A stretch of DNA of 64,000 nt, from positions 682,001 to 746,000 of the forward strand of contig LSRY02000006.1 in assembly GCA_001643675.2 (NCBI GenBank), read 5' to 3'. The first letter of the stretch is position 1, and each line of letters begins with the position of its first letter. Origin of the DNA: Monocercomonoides exilis PA203 (Eukaryota; Protista; Preaxostyla). The position numbers and the translations under genes are program-made. Positions 1 to 11,068 of this stretch are shown piece by piece. The notes under the pieces are model-generated. The model had not been told where the DNA came from and searched no databases. It was given only the letters and a program-made list of their open reading frames with translations.

Positions 1-3000
1 GACTCTTTTGTGAGCGTCTCCATCATGTTGGCAACAAATGGCAAAGTTTCATTTGTGATACTCCGTGGCAAATCGACAGCTTTGATGAAAACATCGTTGC
101 CATATTTTGCTTTGTTTGGAGATTGTGGAGGAAAGAGTGGAGCAGAAATGCAAAAGCATGAATTTGAAGAGACGAGATTGAAGTATATTCCACCTCCGTA
201 CCCGGAAGTTTGATCTCCATTTGGCGCGATGCAATTGCTAAATTGGCACTCGCTTATGAAAACAGATGAATGCTCATCAATAGAGCAGAACATACCGCCA
301 CCTCCAGCATCTTTTTCTTCGACGTTGCATTTGTCAAAATTACATTTGCTAACTTTTGTGCTTCGAAGTTCAGATTCAACACTATCACTGCTGACGAAAT
401 GAAGGCAACCTCCCATCCCTTTCACCCTGGAAATTGTTGAAAAATTGCATTCTGTGATATTAATTTCATTACCATTCACAACGCTAATCAAATTTCCAGT
501 TGAAATTTTAAGAGATTCAAAGTAACAGAAGCTCATTTGTATTGAAGCATCACCGTTCGATCCATTCGCAGAAAATACAGCGCCTGTGTTGACAGTTCCA
601 TGACGAAATTGGAATTCAGATATGAGAAGCTTCCCTCCTTCTACGCTTCCGAAAACAAAAGAAATGTATTCTTCTTTCAACTGGATGGCACACCTATTCA
701 AGCTTAATGAATCCGAAAGGCATAAAAATATCAATGAATGAGATATAAGATTTTGTGGAAGCAAAAAGGTTATTCCTTCAAAGGATGTTGACTTTTGAGA
801 TGTTATCAGAGCATTTCTTTTATTGATTGTTGTATCCGTGATTGGACAGGCTATTGAATCTTCCATGCTACCAATTGTATACTCTTTCTGAGAGAAGAAA
901 AGCTCTTCTTGAATGCAAAATGAAGGATGCAAAATCAAATTTTTCGTTATATTGGCAAAGCGTTGTTTCAATGCAGCCAAGATGGACGAACAAGGATATG
1001 TTTCACTTCCGCAGCTGGAAAAGTCCCAAGCTCCAATTCCACCAACATAAATGACAGAAGAATAATTATCCCACAGATAAAGCACCAAAGGAATTGTAAA
1101 AGCGTTGTTGCTTGTCGACCGCTCGTATCCATTGAGGCGAGTGAAATCATTTAAATCGGGATTGGAAGAAATGGAATCAACACTGACAACTTGAGAGAGA
1201 TCATCAGCAACAAGAAACAAATCTTTTCCTTTTGTGCCTTGGCATTGATCGAATAACAATTCATTTAGAACAAATGACGAAGCATTCGATCCAACTTGCA
1301 AGAAAATTCCTCCACCACATCCAGCATTTGTCACAGTGGTAGCTGTTGCAACACACTTCACAATGGAAGTTAAAAGTTGCTCTGAGTCCGTGTTCACACA
1401 ATGCTTTGAAGATAAAGAACTAGCATTTCCAATAAAAAAAGAAGAAGCTCCACTCATTGCTATCCACAGGCCTCCTCCATCTCCATTCAAACTCTTGCAC
1501 TCGGAAATGGTGCCTCCAATTATCTCTAATTTTCCTCCTTCTTCCAAAGTGCACATGATTGAACCACCTTTTGAGTTTTTCTTTTCAAAGCCAGTGATTG
1601 TGTTGTTTGTTAGCTCTATCAAAAAAGGAGCATTTGCGAAGATTGCTCCAAGAGAGAGATCTTTATTGTCCTGAGAATCTGTTGAAGCACTTAACATCGA
1701 ATTCATCAGCCTGAATGTGACCTTCCTTGAAACAGAAAAGATATGAGATGATAATCTTGACGACACTTTTTCTATGTGAACAGAAGAGAAAGAACAGACT
1801 GAATTTTGGCCATTGAAAACAAATAATGGATTACTTCCAAAAAGTAAGGATGTTGATTTAAAAAAAGAAACGTTGAGTAATCCTGCATCAATTTCTAGAA
1901 ACGAAAAGGTCATGATGGAGTCAGGATCTTTTGCGCTGATTGAACAAGAAATGATCTCAAGAAGAGGAGATGATGACTTCATGAACAATTGATGAAATGG
2001 TAGCTCAGCTTGAAGAGCGAACTTCAAGGTTGTTAAGCGTGTGATCGACGAGATGCTGATCAATGAATAAGAATTTTCATTCATTTCATCTGTTACGTCA
2101 AGTCCGCAAGATTCACATGCACCTTGAATTATATATTTATTTTGCTCGATAGTTATATCCTCTGAAAGAGTGACCATATCATTGAATACAACAAATTTGT
2201 CTCCAGATTGACGAGTTAGTGCATAATTCAAAGACGAACATGGAAACTGTTCGAAACCGCAAAGGGGATGATTCAATGCATCATTCTTTGCCACAGTAAT
2301 ATTTTGTGGCTGTTCAAGAAGATACACACATAATGGAATAGGCACAGATGTTGCTTCATTATCCAATCCTCTGATTGTGCTGAAAGTGCTGTTCCAAGGT
2401 ATTTTCAACAATATTTGGCCACTTGTGGAAGTGGCTTGAAGATCTGGAGATTGAACGAACAAGTCGTATCCCCATTTTGCAATATTATTGTTGAATAATG
2501 TGAAAACAGAAAACTCAACTTGAAGATTGCACAATTTTAGGAAAACGCCACCGCCTCTTCCAACTGATGATGATGCATAGCAGTTCTGAATTGTTCCTTC
2601 TTCAATTTTTAGGTGGCATGGGCTATTCAAAGAAATGTGTATAGCCCCTCCATCAACAGAAGATTGACTTCCGCATCCGTCAATGAAACATTTTTTTAGT
2701 GCAATATTTGCAGTTGTAGTTGAAGAATCGATAAGTGCTGCACCTTGAGATGTTCGAATAATGTTTTCAAATGTTGTTTCAAGCAATGAAATCGACAAAA
2801 TTTCTGTCTGTGCCAAATGTATAAAAGATGTTGATGAAAAAAAATGAGTCCATTCAACGCTTTCCATTGTTAATGATCCAGAAACGATTCTAATCATTTC
2901 AGTTTTGAAAGATGTATCAGGAGAATGTGAATTATCAGTTGATATATTTGTGTTTTTCAGATTGATTGCACCTGAACTGGAAATGCAGCATATTCGCGAT

Positions 3001-4901
3001 TCTCTATTGTTATTTATTGAAGAGTCATGAATAACTCTTATATGATTAACATCAAGCGATCCGGTTGACACAGTGAAAAGAGACACGTCTGATTCAGCGA
3101 ACATGGTTTGTATTTCTGCTCCGCTTTCAGTTGGCCCACTTAAAATGTATTGATTGTTAAGGATTTTAATGGGTTGTGCCTCAGGAATTGAACCGTCCAT
3201 CATATAAATATTCGCAACAACTCCAGGAATAAGCTGTGAAACGCAAAAACTGATTGATTCACAGGGATGTTCCATGGAGAATCCACAGCTGTAAGTGTCT
3301 TTTGCATTTGGTTGAATAATGAATGAAGCAACATATCTGATTGGGTCATATTCGCAGGAAAGATAATTGCTTAAGTCTTGACCATCAGAACGGCGAGCAA
3401 CTCTGTTATTGGAGCTTCTTGTCGTTTTGCATGATCCATCAATATGATTTTGTGATGGATTATCAATGATAATGTCATGCCCACATAACCCAGCAGTGTT
3501 ATTATGAAAAAAGCAGAAATACAAAAGGGTTCCATTATTTTCTTTGCTTATGAATGTTGACAAACCTCCGCCAAACCTTCCAGAGTACCCATTTTCAAAT
3601 CGGCAGTTATGCAGGATAATTCCTCCGATCATTTCGCATATGCATAATCCTCCCCCATCACCGTTTCCTGAAGAGTGGCAACTATTGTTCACAAAAGCAC
3701 AATCAACAATACAATCCTTTGTTTTTGTTTGAGAGCTATAGACAAAGATTCCACCTCCATCATTTTGAGACCAATTATCAAAAAAGATACAGTTTTCAAA
3801 ATACGGTTGACTGTTTAAACATTCGCACTGTATTCCTGCCCCACCCCAATCTCTGGATGATACACAATAGCATCCCTGAAATGATGAATCATTTACGGAG
3901 CAAACCGCAATGTTGAGAGCATATATTGCACCGCCAAGTGTGCTTGTTGCGTTGCATCTTACGAATGATGAATTTATAACTTCAAGCACAGCATCGGTAT
4001 TATCATGAACAAATAGAGCTCCTCCACAAGCCGCCTTGCAGTCTTTCCATTCGCAATTACTAAAATTCAATGATGATGATGATTCCGTTCTATTTTTTGA
4101 GATTAACGAGTTATCGATCCTTTCGTTGAGAATAAACGAAGAATTAAAGCAAGTGAAAGCATTCGAATTTTGTGTTTCACATACGACAGAACCTTCCAGC
4201 GCATTTGCAGAACTAGAAATAATACTGTTTGAAAGCACACAGCATTTTGTGAATGGAATAACATTTGAATATGAGTTGTTGAACGCTGAATTGGATATAT
4301 TATTGAAATGGCATTTGTCAATAAGGACGTTATGAGCATTCCCACACCAAATTAAACTTGAATTGAAAATATTTTGCACATTGAAGAATTTGCAACAAAC
4401 AACAGAAATTTTAGTATTCGATGTTAAACTACGAATTAAACCGACTGTGTTTTGTAAAAATGGACGAGGAATAAGTGTGATATTATTGAATGCAATTTGG
4501 CATAGTGACAAACATTGAAAAAGGAACGAAGAATGAGTGGAAGATAAACTGCAGCTCACTAATTGGAGGTTCGAAGAGAAATAAAGTGTAAATTGTGTTT
4601 TCGGATTATTATTAAATGCAAAATTGATTTTGTTCATTATAAGTGAAGTATTAAGCAGGGTTGCATGCCATTTGATTGTACTTTCCCATATAGTATTGCC
4701 AAATGTGGATAAATATCGGTTTTTGATTGTGTTATTCACAGATTCTTGTTCATATCTTTGAATAATTGCATCTCCATTTTCTATTTCTCGAAATTCATTT
4801 GTTTGAGAATATTTATTGACAAAGAAAAGCAATTCATTGATTTCAAATGAGCAAATACAAGAGACGATAATTGTTATTTCAAATGCATGTAATGTTTTCA
4901 T
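1..4901 (-). CDS. Giant receptor-like beta-helix-repeat protein, 5' part (3' end outside window); paralog of 55545-63254
   Basis: Missing from the ORF track because it has no stop in the window. Hand translation from ATG 4901 (MKTLHAFEITIIVSCICSFE...) gives WKDCKAACGGALFVHDN, RYVASFIIQPNAKDTYSCGFSMEHPCESISFC and, in the same frame at the window edge, ITNETLPFVANMMETLTKES. These align with WIECSAECGGALYVHDN, RFVASTQIQANAKDTFSCG and IKNETLPFVKDRLEMLTEDS of 55545-63254. The middle of the ORF was spot-checked, not read codon by codon. Confidence 0.9.
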   Translation of the reverse strand, partial: MKTLHAFEITIIVSCICSFEINELLFFVNKYSQTNEFREIENGDAIIQRYEQESVNNTIKNRYLSTFGNTIWESTIKWHATLLNTSLIMNKINFAFNNNPKTQFTLYFSSNLQLVSCSLSSTHSSFLFQCLSLCQIAFNNITLIPRPFLQNTVGLIRSLTSNTKISVVCCKFFNVQNIFNSSLIWCGNAHNVLIDKCHFNNISNSAFNNSYSNVIPFTKCCVLSNSIISSSANALEGSVVCETQNSNAFTCFNSSFILNERIDNSLISKNRTESSSSLNFSNCEWKDCKAACGGALFVHDNTDAVLEVINSSFVRCNATSTLGGAIYALNIAVCSVNDSSFQGCYCVSSRDWGGAGIQCECLNSQPYFENCIFFDNWSQNDGGGIFVYSSQTKTKDCIVDCAFVNNSCHSSGNGDGGGLCICEMIGGIILHNCRFENGYSGRFGGGLSTFISKENNGTLLYFCFFHNNTAGLCGHDIIIDNPSQNHIDGSCKTTRSSNNRVARRSDGQDLSNYLSCEYDPIRYVASFIIQPNAKDTYSCGFSMEHPCESISFCVSQLIPGVVANIYMMDGSIPEAQPIKILNNQYILSGPTESGAEIQTMFAESDVSLFTVSTGSLDVNHIRVIHDSSINNNRESRICCISSSGAINLKNTNISTDNSHSPDTSFKTEMIRIVSGSLTMESVEWTHFFSSTSFIHLAQTEILSISLLETTFENIIRTSQGAALIDSSTTTANIALKKCFIDGCGSQSSVDGGAIHISLNSPCHLKIEEGTIQNCYASSSVGRGGGVFLKLCNLQVEFSVFTLFNNNIAKWGYDLFVQSPDLQATSTSGQILLKIPWNSTFSTIRGLDNEATSVPIPLCVYLLEQPQNITVAKNDALNHPLCGFEQFPCSSLNYALTRQSGDKFVVFNDMVTLSEDITIEQNKYIIQGACESCGLDVTDEMNENSYSLISISSITRLTTLKFALQAELPFHQLFMKSSSPLLEIISCSISAKDPDSIMTFSFLEIDAGLLNVSFFKSTSLLFGSNPLFVFNGQNSVCSFSSVHIEKVSSRLSSHIFSVSRKVTFRLMNSMLSASTDSQDNKDLSLGAIFANAPFLIELTNNTITGFEKKNSKGGSIMCTLEEGGKLEIIGGTISECKSLNGDGGGLWIAMSGASSFFIGNASSLSSKHCVNTDSEQLLTSIVKCVATATTVTNAGCGGGIFLQVGSNASSFVLNELLFDQCQGTKGKDLFLVADDLSQVVSVDSISSNPDLNDFTRLNGYERSTSNNAFTIPLVLYLWDNYSSVIYVGGIGAWDFSSCGSETYPCSSILAALKQRFANITKNLILHPSFCIQEELFFSQKEYTIGSMEDSIACPITDTTINKRNALITSQKSTSFEGITFLLPQNLISHSLIFLCLSDSLSLNRCAIQLKEEYISFVFGSVEGGKLLISEFQFRHGTVNTGAVFSANGSNGDASIQMSFCYFESLKISTGNLISVVNGNEINITECNFSTISRVKGMGGCLHFVSSDSVESELRSTKVSKCNFDKCNVEEKDAGGGGMFCSIDEHSSVFISECQFSNCIAPNGDQTSGYGGGIYFNLVSSNSCFCISAPLFPPQSPNKAKYGNDVFIKAVDLPRSITNETLPFVANMMETLTKE

Positions 4902-5328
4902 GTTTTCTTGGGATTTATTATTTGAAGTGAATTTTTTTCACTGAATATTTTTCAGAAAAGGAAAGTAATTAAAGAATGAGTTAATTTTTTGATGTCTTAA
5001 GAATTAATATATAAATTAAAATTATGTTTTATTAACGATCAAGAATTAAAATTTCACCACGGCATCATCTGTCACGCTTTGAAAGATTTTTTCAAAATAA
5101 ATGAAAGAAATTCAAATTCTTGCCATTATTTTTTCTTTCGAATTTTTTTTTATCGAATTTAGCTTTGTTTTGAATGTAGCGCACAATAAAAGCATCGGTT
5201 AATCAAGTGCTTTAGTTGATACTGTTGGAATTTCCAATGAGCTTGCTTTCTCTGAAAATTATTTTTGTAGTCAATAATGCGAAGTCATGTTTAACAGTTC
5301 ATTTTTGAATTTAACATTTCGAAATAAA

Positions 5329-5999
5329 ATGACAACACTTGTGCAATGGAAAAATGCATGTTCAAATATGGAAAAACAGGTTGATTCTTTGAATGCTTCG
5401 CTACAAAAATCAAGAGCAAACGAAGCAACAATTACTTCGATAATGTCTTTAAAGCAGCAGATAAATCAACTTGAAAAGGATCTCAAAAGGCTTTCAAAGG
5501 GCATACTGAATAAAGACGATTCCAAAGATTGTACAGATAAACTGAACACTTTGAAAGATAAGTTGGAACGATTTGGGCAAAATACGAAAGTTGTTGTTTC
5601 TAACGTTTCATCATCTTCTTCTTCCTCATGCAAAGGTTCTTTCATGGAAGAAGCATATGGTTTGAAATGATATATGTTGAATATGCAAATTTTAGTATAT
5701 TTTCATTTCCTATTTTTCGAAAAACAATTTCCATATTTTAAGACCTAGAACAAATGTTGTTGCATGAAGAAAAATCAGAAAATGCTCGCAAAGAAGAGGG
5801 TGCTTTCTCAGAGGATGCATTTAACAGATTTTCTATTGATGAAATAGAAAGAAGCAGTTCCACGCAAAAGCGAAGATATAAATTCCCACGATTTTTATGC
5901 ATCGGTATATTGATGTGGTTGGCTTATTTTTGTATGTTGATTGGCTTGATATTATCTGGAGAAGCTGATTCAAGTATAAAAGCATCAAGAAATAAATAA
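5329..5999 (+). CDS. Small coiled-coil protein with C-terminal TM helix (tail-anchored, SNARE-like topology), ~195 aa, 2 exons
   Basis: Exons 5329-5659 and 5743-5999; GT-AG intron 5660-5742 joins the two ORFs in frame (EEAY-DLEQMLL). Heptad-rich N-terminal half; hydrophobic FLCIGILMWLAYFCMLIGLIL near the C-terminus. Confidence 0.65.
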
Positions 6000-6185
6000 C
6001 TGTTTAATTTTTTTTATTTGTTCTTTTACCAATCTCAATTCACATCAGGCATCTTTAAGATGTAATCAAAAAATGAGCCTTGCTAAAAAACACAATTTGC
6101 ATTTAATATATGTTTAATAATTTTTAAAGAAAGAAAAGAGAAATTTTACAACTTCATAAAAATTATGATAATCGTATAAAAAATT

Positions 6186-6259
6186 CGCCCACCAAGGGAC
6201 TCGAACCCTTGACCGTTCGGTTAAAAGCCGAACGCTCTACCAAACTGAGCTAGGTGGGC
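6186..6259 (-). tRNA. tRNA-Lys (anticodon UUU), intronless
   Basis: Reverse complement GCCCACCTAGCTCAGTTTGGTAGAGCGTTCGGCTTTTAACCGAACGGTCAAGGGTTCGAGTCCCTTGGTGGGCG folds as a cloverleaf; anticodon loop CTTTTAA, T-loop TTCGAGT. Confidence 0.97.
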
Positions 6260-6659
6260 TTCGTTAAAAGGGTGATTTTTTATTATACATTTAATTATTT
6301 TTTAGTTTGGAAAAAATTGAGTAATTGAAAAAACTTTAAATCAACATGTTTACAACTTCTTTAAATGTTTTAAAAATTTTTTGTTTTTCATCATTGTGCA
6401 TTTTTTTTGTATGTTAAGAATTGAATTATTAATCGAATTGATAATCAAATTTCGCAGTTTAATTTTTTTAATCAATTTTCTAATTATTTGAGTGATTATT
6501 ACAAAGAAAGTCTAATTGATCAATTCTTTTTGATTACAAAATAATTTTTTCAAAATTTCGAAAGAAACATTTTTTGGAGTTTATTTTTTTGAAAACTTAT
6601 AACAATATTTTTTTGAATCATTTTAGTGGTTTGTTCACATTTTTCGATAACATGTGGCG

Positions 6660-6891
6660 AATTTTTTTTGAAAAGTTCATTTTGTTTAATTTTCTAATAG
6701 AATAAATATTTCATATTTCGATCAATTTTCTGTTCCCACTCACCAAATTTCGCTGTCATGAAAATAATAACATCGCAATGATTTTTCTTTCATGACAGTG
6801 AAATTTGGTGAGTGGGAACAGAAAATTGATCGAAATATGAAATTTTTATTCTATTAGAAAATTAAACAAAAGGAACTTTTCAAAAAAAATT
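6660..6891. repeat. Long palindrome: 104-bp inverted arms with 24-nt spacer
   Basis: 6660-6763 is the reverse complement of 6788-6891 with about 3 mismatches. Confidence 0.92.
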
Positions 6892-8659
6892 AGCCATGTG
6901 TTTGGAAGACAATAATGGTGAGTAATTTATCATTCCCCCCCATTTCAATTGGAACATAAATTTTCTGGCTTCAAAAATCACAAAAGAAAAAAATAAAACA
7001 ATAAAAAACCTTCAAAATTTGATGCTTTTCTGTTCTTTGATAACTTTTCATATTTGTTGATTTTTATAAAGAGATTTTTTTGTTTTTTCGTATATTTTGT
7101 TGATTAAAGACTTGCTCATATTTCAACAATCTTTAGGTTTTGAGTGTTCTGAGTGTTTTCATTGCAATTAAACACAACTCCTTTATTTTTTTGGTTGTAT
7201 TTTGATATTTAATACTTCATTTTATTATTTTAATTGTTTTCATGTGAAAATTTTTTATGTAAAAATTTGAATGAATCGTGAAGTTTGTTTTGTTGTGTAT
7301 TTGGGTGATTATTTTAGAAAACATAACTTTTTTCGGGGTGGATATTATTCTAAAATTGTTGATTTTTGGATAAAAATTTGTTTTCAAATGCACAATTCGT
7401 GACGACAGTGTTAATTATTTGTGTTTTTTCACAAATAAAGACTACGGTTTCTTTAATAAGTTTTTTTCCTTTTTCAGCGTTCTTTTGTTGGTATTAAAGT
7501 GAAATTTTCGTAAAGAAATTTTTGAAAGAAAAAATATGATTTCAAAAATTATCACACACATATTGATGAATCGCAAAACAGATTTTTTTTATTCAAATCA
7601 TTTCAATTTAAAAATTGAACAGAAAGTGTTAATAAATTTTTAATAATAATTTCGCGTACACGTTTATGATAATTTTTGTAATTAAAACTTTTTTCTGAGA
7701 AATTATTGATAAATAATTTACTTCGCTTCGAGTTATTAATCATTCAAACGTTTATTTCAATTGAATTTCTTTCGAAACCAATGAAAGAGATGAAAGAAAA
7801 ACAAAGCTGTATTTCATTATGGAATTATCACTTCTTAGAATTCTTTAACAAAAATTAAAAACTAATTATCCAACCGAAATTTTTGATGCTATTTCGATGA
7901 TTTCAAATCGAACCATATATAAAATATAAAAAATCTGAAACTTAATATTAAATACTATTTATGAAACAAAATATTTTCGAAAGAAAGAATCACTCCATAT
8001 ATGATGAAGCATAATTTCTATTGATGTTTGAGAATTCAACTTCTTCAACAAAATCACAAATATGAATTTCAAACGATGCATATTTAAAGAGAATTTCAGC
8101 TTTTGAAATTTGTCGTTTGTTGAAAACAATTGAGCAGAAAATTTGTCTTTTAAATTTCATTGCATACTCATCACGATAATGCATTTTTAAACAGATCAGA
8201 AAAAGAGAAATAATAACACATACAAACTTCAAAATCTCACTTAATTTGTCAATTTGAATAGTGGTTTGATTCTTATAATTTATTTAAAAAAAAATTGAAT
8301 TTCAGAAAAAACAGAACGAAAAATTTCAAAGCAAATGCAAAGACTGATGCGATAACTCAATCAACAAGAGAATGTTATAAAACAGTATAAACAATTTGGA
8401 GATTCCTCAATAAATACAAATATTAAAAAAATAAAAAGTAAAAAAATAAAGCAGACTTATTGTTCGTTCGATGGACGGATATAGCATTATAATTTTCGAA
8501 AGATAAATTACACCGAATTTTCAAATTAAGGCTTCGACAACAACATTAAAGCTACAAAAACATAAAACACTGCCATTGTAAGAATGTACGAAACATATAA
8601 CACAGAGAATTGAGCATCAGCTCTTAAATAAAAGCTATTTTGTAGCTCCAACAGGCAAA

Positions 8660-10198
8660 TCAAAGTTTTCTTGTATCAATAGCAAAATTTTGGCTTTCGG
8701 AATGACTGGAGGAAGGAAACGAAAAAACTGCGGATGGCGAGTCAGCAAGAGACAAGGAGCGAGAATTTAACACAGGAGAGGAAGAATCTGAGCCTAAAGA
8801 ACAGAAAACTCTGTTGTTCGATGCATAATTAATAGGAGCCTCAGAACAAGAGTCAGAAGAGACGGAAGACTCGTCGCTGGAGACGGACCCTTCGAGATCA
8901 GAGTCAAAAACATCTTCTCGGTTCCGTTTTCCAGAAGCAAGCTTGTAATGAAATGGATAAATTGACTTATTCGACCGCAGAGACAGAAGCGAGCTGGAGG
9001 AGGAGTATCTGTCCAGCGGCTGGCCAGGGTGATTAAGCGACTCTGACAATGACAAAGAAGAAGAATTCAACGAAGGGTTGAGAGATTTCTCTGGAAAAGC
9101 GCGTGAATGCCGTCTCCGTGTTTTTGTGCTACGAGAGCGGTGATGATAAAAACATGGGCAACACGCGATCTCAACAGAAGAGACATACAAGAACAAAAAA
9201 GCGAGTGAGCAAATGATGACAGGCAATGCATCTTCTGTAAATGAAATCAGAGCAGCTTTCCATGGAACATAATGATCAATTGAACCATTCCTTTTAAATT
9301 CAAATTAAACAGAATTTCATCTGAAATAATGAATATTCATAATAAAGCATTTTTGACAAACTTATTTTCTTCTGTTAATAATTTGCTTGAAATGCCAAAA
9401 TTTTTCTTATCAACGTTGGAGCAACGATAACATTCATCAACTATTTCCAATATCGTTGTGCAAGTGCAGGCTACTCCAAGCAAGCAAACCATTATAAGAT
9501 AAATCATCAAATTTTGACGAATTTTTTTTGTCTTATGCTTTTTTGATGATTTCAAACTCTTCAAAACAAATAGCATTCTCGTCATAATTAATATTGCACA
9601 TATCATTTCGAATAAATCCATTATGATGAACATTACACCAATTAAACAACTATTTCGCAAATCTTCACTCAAATAATCATCAAGAATATCCCCAACAAAT
9701 TGAAAGAGAAAAGCGATACAGGCCATTAATATAAAAACGCATTTTACAACGGTCTTAGTACGATTAGATTTTATAAACGGAAAAACAGTCGAAAATAAAA
9801 GCCATTGAAAAGTAATTGTCCAAGCCAAGTAAAACACAAGATCTCCAAGATTATTGCAGATAAAATGTGCAGATGACTTAGAAAGCTTGAGGGGGACAAT
9901 TGAGGTTATACATTCAAAAAGCGAATAAACTGTAAATAGTGAGAATGATATAAGTTTCTGTAGCTGGCTTTTTCTTTGAGATTTCACTTCCATAAAAATC
10001 AAAAAAACTGAAACAAGAAGGCATGCAAAATGTCCTATAAAAACTAAATAATTTATTTTCGACTCATTCCCGTAAACATCTTTAAAAAAGTAAATAATGA
10101 AATCAATCTTGATAAAGAAAAAAAAGCAAACTAGAGCAATACAAAAGAATTTCTAGTTGTAATGAAATACTTTCATTGCTTTCATTGCGTAGTCGCAT
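8660..10198 (-). CDS. Seven-transmembrane protein with Ser-rich C-terminal tail (GPCR-like / TOM1-THH1-GPR137-like topology), ~458 aa, 3 exons
   Basis: Proposed exons 10198-10171, 10079-9362, 9290-8660; GT-AG introns 10080-10170 and 9291-9361 keep the frame. Seven hydrophobic segments, N-terminal NES sequons, E..LP in TM7, CCPC after TM7. Exon 1 is the least certain part. Confidence 0.7.
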
Positions 10199-11068
10199 GC
10201 TTCCGAAAAAAATTTGAATTAATACAACTTTCTATTAAATTTTTATATAATTTGTGTGTTTAGAATGGGTATGTTTTCTTCCGAAAATCTCTCTTTCTAA
10301 ATATTCGCTTTTCTATGAAAAATAATAATAAAAACCTTTGCAATGTTTCCATTCACAATTTGTTGATCAACATTGAAACATCTTTTAAACCAATATTTCT
10401 TGATTTTTGTTTTAAGCAAAAATAAAAAGACTTATAAACTTTTCTGTATCTATTTCTTCATTTTCTTCTCTTCATATTTGTTTTCAATAAAGTATATAAC
10501 TTCAAAAAAAGATATATATGAAGTTCTTCGTTGAGTTTTATAAAATTTTCTTTCATGGTGAACAGTTGTGAGAATGATGAATCTTTCTTGAGCCAGTCAT
10601 AATTTTTTCTCCAATATCTGACACACAGAACAATGTGAGTTGCATTAAATAATTTCTTAGACATACAAATTTATCAGATTTCTCAATTTATATGAATCAT
10701 TTTCTGCTTTGATGAATGAAAAATTTCTGATTGATAATTTGTTGTTTTTGAAAAAAATTCGAATTTTCAAGTGTAAAATTTGGTTAACTTCTTCTTTTTT
10801 AAAACAATGAAGCAGTTAACCAATTATTTACTTTAAGTTTACGGTTATTCAGTGTTTATATGTTGGAAAGATAATTGCTATGCTATTCAGTTGTCTAGAG
10901 TATTTTATATAATGTCATTACAAATATACATTCATGCGCAAATAAATAAATAAATAAATAAATCAAGAAACGTGAAATTAGATTATATAAAAAAATAAGA
11001 TAATGATCTGGTTGTAGTTTATTTCACCACAACTCAACTGAGAAATCGTTCAATCCATTTGAAACTAC

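Noticed and set aside
10153-10170. Possible 18-nt GT-AG mini-intron
   Set aside because: The same donor with the TTTAAAG acceptor at 10080 gives a 91-nt intron, typical of this window, and a sensible N-terminus.
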